Source of the DNA: Octopus bimaculoides
Taxonomy: Eukaryota
DNA length: 42,651 nt
Assembly: GCF_001194135.2 (NCBI RefSeq)
Contig: NC_068981.1
Coordinates: forward strand, 48,543,414 to 48,586,064
Direction of reading: 5' to 3'
How positions within the stretch are numbered: the stretch's first letter is position 1; every line of letters begins with the position of its first letter. Both the position numbers and the translations under genes were made by a program. Under the pieces are notes generated by a model that was given only the letters and a program-made list of their open reading frames with translations, did not search any database and was not told the DNA's origin. Below are positions 34,976 to 42,651 of this stretch, one piece after another.

Positions 34976-36934
34976 ACGAAACTACTGAATCTGACGTACA
35001 CCGTCCATTTTTCACAAACATACTGTATTAACGAAAATTAACTTTGATTTAAAATTGCAGTTATTATTGAATATATTTACGATGGAGAGTTATTTCCATA
35101 TGCGGTGAATCGAAATAAATCTAGTTAGATCTACTATATTATATATGAGCAATATTATACTGATGAAACTAGTGAAAATACTGTCTCCTGTCTACCTAAA
35201 CTGAAGCTCCAAATTACGAACGATAATTTTGTTTACGTTTAAGTTGTGTATGACAGTCAAGTTAGCGAAAATGAAACGGGTGTCCAATTTGAACAGTAAG
35301 AAGAAAGAAACTCATCCTCATATTGGTGCCGTACTACACCAGATGTACAGTGTTTATGCCTCTACTCTTTCAGCAGCACAATTTTGAAATTCTGCTACCT
35401 TGCTAATGTCATCATCGACAGACATTAAGCAGGATACGAAAAGATATTGCTCACAGGACTCGCTGTCAGATATTAACAAACACATGAATGTGATTGTGTG
35501 GAAATGTGAAGTATTTAGTCATGCAATTTCATATGGTCTACTTAATAATTACATGACTGGTATAGGGACTGCACTTACCGAAAATGTATATCCTACAATT
35601 TAAATAGGACCCCGGTGAGAATCTGATGGGATGAATGTTGTTCTTCCTGTACAACACTCATATGCATTTACATGCCCAACAATTATTCATCTTTTTCTAC
35701 ATAAATTGGTAGCTTATTCTGCAAAATGTAGCCATCGTAGTTCGTCACATTTCTCTTGATGATGATGTAAAAAGGAGTTGGTTTAAAAGACTGCACGAAG
35801 TTCACATCATTTAAACATATCTATCTCATACAGCCAATGCTAGCGTTGATTATCTCTCACTGTCTGCCCCCTCTCTCTTTCTGTATATATATATATATGT
35901 ATAAATTATATATATATGACCTAGGCTTTGTCAAACACCGCGTGTGGTCTTCAATAATCTTAGTCGGTATGAATTCTCACTTTTGTATGGGCATATAGCC
36001 TCGGTTTTATTAGCGCTGTATATTAGATATTCTTCATGTTTATGGTACAATTTCGTTTAAAACTGCGTTTATTTAATAACTTTCTCTCTTTATGGCTGCT
36101 TTGGGTGCATTTATCTATTAATGCTAGGAACGTTTTGGTATATTAGATTTAATATTATATCGAAATGTTAGATTTAATATCAGAAAAATAATTGTAACCA
36201 AAATATGCAAACGATTGTAACCAAGAAGGAATATACAGTGTTATGTTATCGACAATCGTAAATTCAGTTAGAATTGCAAAACACTCGTGAAGAACTTAAT
36301 ATAACATTTACAATCCTAAAACTGAGACTGTATCCTCATATATATATGCATTCGAAAAAAGTTTTCTATCGCAGATGCGACAACCTAAAACCAGAGGTCA
36401 GTTCTAATTAATTTAATGAGCTAATTTGTGTAAAGTGAACATAGACAATGCAGAAGAAGACATCTACTTTGAAGAAGGTATTTCACAGCGATAGTACTAG
36501 TTTAGTCAAGCCGAGCAGAAACATATAGCAAGATCAAATTACTTCATTTGGCAATTAACAGAAAAATACTCCTATCATAAGATAAATGGAAAACTACCAA
36601 AATGATAAGGCAATCCAAAAATCCAAAAATGGAAATTAAAGAAGTGATATTTGCAGAATAGAGGAATATCTGAAATTTCACGCCCCGGATGGACCAAACG
36701 AGAACTTTTAAGGAAGTATATGCCCTTCACAATAATGTATTTCGTAACTGGGTCAAACTTCTTTCACTAAACACACTCATTCCAAACATAAATATTCGCA
36801 CGTTTATTTATATTATTCCTGTACATATGCTTTATTCTTTAAACTGAGATTTGTTTCAGTATTTTGTATCTATTTTCACTTACAATTTCGCCCATATTTA
36901 TTGTATTGGTCTCTTTTGACAAACTTACACACTC

Positions 36935-37095
36935 ACCCACGCACGCGCACACACACACATATACAATGGACGTCATTCAGTTGTCTACCGAATCAGCTCA
37001 CAGTGCTTTAGTGAGCCCAAGGTGCTACACAGTGAGACTGAACCCGTAACCATGTAGTTAGGAAACACGCTTCTCGCCACACGGCTACGCTTGCG
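36935..37095 (-). mobile_element. tRNA-derived SINE (different family, internally deleted) with (GT)n tail
   Basis: Reverse complement: gcaagcgtagccgtgtggcgagaagc...catggttacgggttcagtctcactgtgtagcaccttggg...gattcggtagacaactgaa, followed by a GT repeat. Confidence 0.75.
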
Positions 37096-38744
37096 TTTGT
37101 GACTACTTTTACTTTCACTACTTTTCTCACTTTTTCCTAAATTTGATTTAGTTTGTATTTATACATTTTAGAAAAATATTTTTTTCATATTAGAGAGCAT
37201 TGTTAAACGAACATATCTCATTCATTCCGACTACATTTTACGTAATTTAATAGGAAGTCTATAATTTGCCTCTTTCCTAGAAAACAATAGTACCATTTTA
37301 ATATTGGTTTGATAGATATTAAAACGACAGGCATGTTGCTCTCACCGCGATGAAAACTGTGTAGTTTACATATGTATATCTATATATATANNNNNNNNNN
37401 TATATATATTTGCATATATGTATGTTTGAGCATAAATATAGAGGATTGTGTGCGCTTGTGTATGTATGAATGTGTACGCATATAATGGAGTGTATGAAGA
37501 AAATCTACGCAAAATGACTTTCACCTTGATATTAAAGAAGAAAGACTGAAACAGCTATACTGAACGCTGTACAGGAACTATACGTCTGGCAATCGCTATG
37601 GGTTTCCAATCGAATTATGTTAGTAAACCACAAAGAAATTGTTGACTCCTATATTTTTCTGGAAGCAACGTAGATCTGTTAACATTCGTTTCTGCCACGA
37701 TGAACGCCAGATGTATACCATTGAGTAAAACATATGTAAGACATCTGCTTTCAAGAAACGAATGAAAGGGAGTAGAAATTGTAGAAAAAAATATGGTCCA
37801 AATTGCTTTGCATTCCTGAAAAGAAATAGGCTGTATGGCATGAAACAAGGTGATTACAAATTTGTTTGAATAAATATGTTTCTTAAAATAAATATTAAAA
37901 AAATTGTTTGACCTCCACCAAACTATTTACTACACTTTGTGTCTACATAATATGTTAGGTGATAATGCAAAATACTTCCTCAGTGACGTAGAGTACATAG
38001 GCAAACACACATGTTAACAGTCGACCATTGTCTCTAGAAAGAAGACCGGCTTCTACTCAGTTGATTTCCTAATCATTGGAATTGTTCTCCTTAATGTTAT
38101 ACAGAGGCCAGGAGTAAGAGTATGATTCTTCCAGAAGAGATACGCTTTCATCTCTAGCCGCACAAATCTATAACTCGGTACGCCTCAACAGTATTTACTT
38201 TCACTTTTTTTACAATCCAAACAAAGAAGTGAAACAGCTTCTGCTTGGTCAGATGATCGCTACCAGAGATAGTCTCCCTTACAAGTATGAATACAAGAGT
38301 TCATAACCGCCACGCAAATGATAACAGTTGTCTTTGTTATCAATAGTGTCATCTATAAGGCCATTCTACTTATCCTATTGAATTATTGTATTTTGCAACA
38401 ATTTCTTTAAGTCATTTTCTTCATGTATGAGTTTCTATCGAGATTTGAAATGCAGAGTAGTATCCAAGAAAAGCAGGAATCATTGAATAATGAACGCTAA
38501 TAAGCCTCATCTTGCTTTGTGAAAGTAGTAGACTACATCCTAAAAGAAAGTCCTCATCCTACCCAAGTAAAGGCATCCCTATAAATCAGAAGCAGCCGAA
38601 TCTCAGTAAAGCATATACATATTAGGCCTTTGGCATACTCAGTAGAGCGTATATATAATAGGCCGTGGGTATACAGATCATCACTGTGAAATGCATAGTA
38701 ATTGTGAAAATCACTTGATAAAAATATATGAGCCTAATTCATTC

Positions 38745-38960
38745 CGTTTCTGTATGGAATGAAGACTAAATGCATGATAATCAATGAAGTTCAAAGACAT
38801 GTTCAAATTTTATCCAATCATAGCACACAAATCGAGGTGGTCAGTGAGTTAGAGAAGCTTGGGTCCTATAATGATGATAGTAAAAAAGGGTTATTTACAT
38901 GGAAGGGCCTAAAAATGAGAACTTGTAACGGCATCAAAACATATGAACGTCAAATATTTT
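38745..38960 (+). mobile_element. RTE-like LINE, RT C-terminal fragment
   Basis: KTKCMIIN...IEVVSELEKLGSYNDDSKKGLFTWKGL resembles the KT..M..N...+E.V..F.YLGS...S.KD...RKG.AW region of RTE-type RTs. Confidence 0.5.
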
Positions 38961-39174
38961 AAACTTAAATAAGGCTGGAATTTTTCAGCGACTGCAGAGA
39001 GAGTATTCTTAACTATAGATCTGAAACTTGAACTATTAGAAAAAGGAAAAACTATAAGAAACACGTTCATTTACACCAGTCTTTATAAACATATATACAT
39101 GATTAGGTATCCATACACACGACATGTTTGTATGTGTGTGTGTGTATACATATATATATATATCAAGAAAGTGG

Positions 39175-39229
<55 letters not shown>

Positions 39230-39405
39230 ATAGAAAATGTGGATTCAGAGATGGAATGGAAGTCATATATTGATATATAGTTGCAGAAAATAGTAGCGGT
39301 AAAGAGTGGGACACATAGATTGACACATACATGAAAAGAGAACAGAGAGGGAGAGAGCGAGAGAGAGAGAGAGAGAAAAGCAGAGACGGATAGAGAGAGA
39401 GAGAG
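39175..39405. repeat. (GA)n microsatellite blocks
   Basis: Visible repeats at 39175-39222 and 39345-39405. Confidence 0.9.
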
Positions 39406-39748
39406 ATTGCACGAGAGAATATCAGTGAGAAAGAAAATAATGCATTAAAATATCAATGTATCAACGTGGAAAATGATATTTCGATTAAGTTGCTATGTTG
39501 CAGATATTGCAAAGATAGGAGATTGTCATATAATTTCATTACTTTCTATTTGAAGAAATATTCACCAGGCATAACTTACTTTCGGTTGAAGATATAAGAC
39601 TTCATACTTAAATTTAAACAAGGCAAACAAAACATTACATTGTTTAACATGATCGATTGCATGATGGTTACTTTAGTCAAATATTGCAAGTTTTCGCACC
39701 AGATACTTATCCACAGCTAACTTCGGAATCAATATGTACTGTATCTGC

Positions 39749-39915
39749 AAGGCGGTAAATTGGCAGAATCATTAGCATGCCGGGCAGAATGCTTGGTAAC
39801 ATCACGTCCGTCGTCATCATCTGTGTTCAAATACCGCTGAGGTTGACTTTGAGTTTCATCCGTCCATAATCAATAAAGTACGTCTCAGTTGAGTGTGGCG
39901 GTTGATTTAAACGAG
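39749..39915 (+). mobile_element. old diverged copy of the 7115/7354 SINE family
   Basis: aaggcggtaaattggcagaatcattagcatgccgggcagaatgct...tgtgttcaaataccgctgaggttgactttgagtttcatcc. Confidence 0.7.
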
Positions 39916-39977
39916 TTAGCACCGAAATTACTTCCTTATGACAAATTATGGAACCAATATTTCATCCATGTGCATAT

Positions 39978-39979
39978 GA

Positions 39980-40050
<71 letters not shown>
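39978..40050. repeat. (AT)n(GT)n microsatellite next to gap
   Basis: Visible repeat; N run at 40051-40616. Confidence 0.95.
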
Positions 40051-40687
40051 NNNNNNNNNNNNNNNNNNNNNNNNNNNNNNNNNNNNNNNNNNNNNNNNNN
40101 NNNNNNNNNNNNNNNNNNNNNNNNNNNNNNNNNNNNNNNNNNNNNNNNNNNNNNNNNNNNNNNNNNNNNNNNNNNNNNNNNNNNNNNNNNNNNNNNNNNN
40201 NNNNNNNNNNNNNNNNNNNNNNNNNNNNNNNNNNNNNNNNNNNNNNNNNNNNNNNNNNNNNNNNNNNNNNNNNNNNNNNNNNNNNNNNNNNNNNNNNNNN
40301 NNNNNNNNNNNNNNNNNNNNNNNNNNNNNNNNNNNNNNNNNNNNNNNNNNNNNNNNNNNNNNNNNNNNNNNNNNNNNNNNNNNNNNNNNNNNNNNNNNNN
40401 NNNNNNNNNNNNNNNNNNNNNNNNNNNNNNNNNNNNNNNNNNNNNNNNNNNNNNNNNNNNNNNNNNNNNNNNNNNNNNNNNNNNNNNNNNNNNNNNNNNN
40501 NNNNNNNNNNNNNNNNNNNNNNNNNNNNNNNNNNNNNNNNNNNNNNNNNNNNNNNNNNNNNNNNNNNNNNNNNNNNNNNNNNNNNNNNNNNNNNNNNNNN
40601 NNNNNNNNNNNNNNNNATATATATATATATATATATAATAGTAACAAAGGCCGTTTAGAGCGACACCTGTAATTGATCTAGGAAAGC

Positions 40688-41174
40688 ATTACATCATTAC
40701 AAAGAGACCGTTATCATCAGATCACTGCATAGAACTCAAGCATAAGTTAGACATTTAAACATATTCATATCATCAATCGAGAGCTAAAATTTACAGTGAT
40801 TCCGCTGCTAAACATTTCGACAGAATAAAAAAGAAACAGGACAATATAGCGACAGACAAATCAGAAATTAGCACAAGTTTAAGTGTGATGAGGGATAAAT
40901 TAATGTAGTGAAATTTATCCTTGCACCCTCCACATCATGGGAGTATACTCATTTACCTCCCACCCACTTTAGCCTCTGCTAATTTGTGGTTTATTTGTCG
41001 CTATATTGTCCTTTTCCTCTTTTCAATTTAGCCAAGATGTTTAGCAGTGGAATCATCATAATTATATGCTCTCGATTATATGAATATGTTTAAATATCTA
41101 ATATGTAAATTGTCCTATATGCTTGAGGTCTATGGGACCATCTGATGAGAACGGTTTCTTTGTAAGGATGTAAT
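40688..41174. repeat. imperfect ~190-bp inverted repeat with ~100-bp spacer
   Basis: 40688-40874 aligns with the reverse complement of 40975-41174 (attacatc.ttacaaaga.accgtt.tcatcagat; tttaaacatattcatat; aatcgagagc; gattcc.ctgctaaacat; aggacaatatagcgaca; aaattagca). Confidence 0.88.
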
Positions 41175-42097
41175 AATAGTCACTCGAAAGGGCTGTAATG
41201 AATTGACATTTACTTAGCTTTGTTACTCTTTTATGTTTTACTCACCTACCCTGGAATCTGCACTTCGTAAAAGTAGGAAGTATCTTTATATAAATATATG
41301 TCTGACTAAACAAGAGCAGATTCATTAAGTTGGATCGTGCCATCTGCATACACTGCAAGAATATCGGGTGAAAAACATTGCATAAAAAGGTTTCATTCTC
41401 AGGTAATATTGTCTGAGCGCGCAAATTAGTTTGTCCTAACAAGGTACCTCAATTTTATTACCTATTTCAACCGAATCTCTATTACATTGTATATATNNNN
41501 NNNNNNNNNNNNNNNNNNNNNNNNNNNNNNNNNNNNNNNNNNNNNNNNNNNNNNNNNNNNNNNNNNNNNNNNNNNNNNNNNNNNNNNNNNNNNNNNNNNN
41601 NNNNNNTATATATATATATATTTATATATAACTATATAAATATATGTATATGTGTATGTGAGTGTGTGTGCGTGACTGTGTTAGAGAGAGAGAGAGAGTG
41701 TGTGTGCATGGGTTCGTGTGCTTGTGTATATGCATGCACACATATACAAATATGCCAATATATACATAGGCAAGTATAGAAAATTCGTTGAAAATGTTAT
41801 CTTGAGTAAAAGGAACAGAGCATTTAAATTTCTCTCAGTATATACTACCGGTTTCAGTCGCGCCGAAAAATCATTTAGTCATGTAGAAATAAATGATAGA
41901 AAAATAAATTATATGCACCTTTGACAATAAAAATCACATCGTACAGATATTTCTTTCCTGGTAATTGTCGCTTTCTCGGAGTAGTAACAGCGACATTCCT
42001 CGCATTGGCAATAGTCTCATCAATTTGTGCGGTTTAATAGTAACAACAATAGTGCTACAATAGCTATAGTTGATGTTGTCATGTCTGTCAAACAGAG

Positions 42098-42143
<46 letters not shown>
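42098..42143. repeat. (TAG)n microsatellite
   Basis: Visible repeat. Confidence 0.95.
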
Positions 42144-42144
<1 letters not shown>

Positions 42145-42461
42145 TTTAGCAAAATTTACAGTAGGGGCAATTATAGCTGTCCTGTCCTTTTCTCCCACCA
42201 CAGCGTGAGATCGTAAAATGTTGGATTAATTGGATTAATTAATCATCCGTGTTGTCATATATTCTATGTACCTTTGGGTCAAAAACTTACGTTAAAGAAC
42301 GCTCAATATTTGCTCGCTGCTACAGAAGCCCTTAAAACAGTTACCGAAAGCGTGGTGAATACTGACATGTTATATACGCTTATAAGTGACAGTTGCACAC
42401 AACTAATGAACACGTTTTATGATGTCTGTTGCTTACTATTCAAGTTTGTATGTATGCAATT

Positions 42462-42469
42462 ATCTATCC

Positions 42470-42535
<66 letters not shown>

Positions 42536-42540
42536 CTATC
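42462..42540. repeat. (CTAT)n microsatellite
   Basis: Visible repeat. Confidence 0.95.
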
Positions 42541-42651
42541 AATATATCTAGCTGTCTGTTAGTCTGTCTCTGTCTGTTTGTCTTTCTATCTACCTATCAA
42601 TTTATGTATTTATATCTAACTCTCTTTCCGTGAACTTATATATATATATAT

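Overview
AT-rich, repeat-dominated eukaryotic DNA from a gapped draft assembly. The N runs mostly abut microsatellites. The SINE and retroelement families resemble those I recall from octopus or other coleoid cephalopods; this is an inference from memory, not a database result. I could not support any intact host protein-coding gene, true tRNA/rRNA gene or CRISPR array. Many track ORFs are microsatellite or N-gap artefacts. The real content is at least nine fragments of RLE-type non-LTR retrotransposons of the R4/Dong group, from more than one subfamily and often bounded by (TAA)n tracts. Four of their 3' ends are stacked in one orientation at 16.7-21.6 kb. Also present are a mariner 3' half with TIR, a Penelope-like GIY-YIG fragment, an RTE-like and a possible L1/Tx1-like fragment, and several tRNA-derived SINEs. 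There is also a ~485-bp non-coding element sitting inside a (TAA)n tract, and four notable inverted repeats, two of which carry hammerhead-ribozyme-like motifs. I found no convincing new biological system. The best leads are a TAA-targeted retroelement pile-up, its possible non-autonomous partner, and the fold-back structures.
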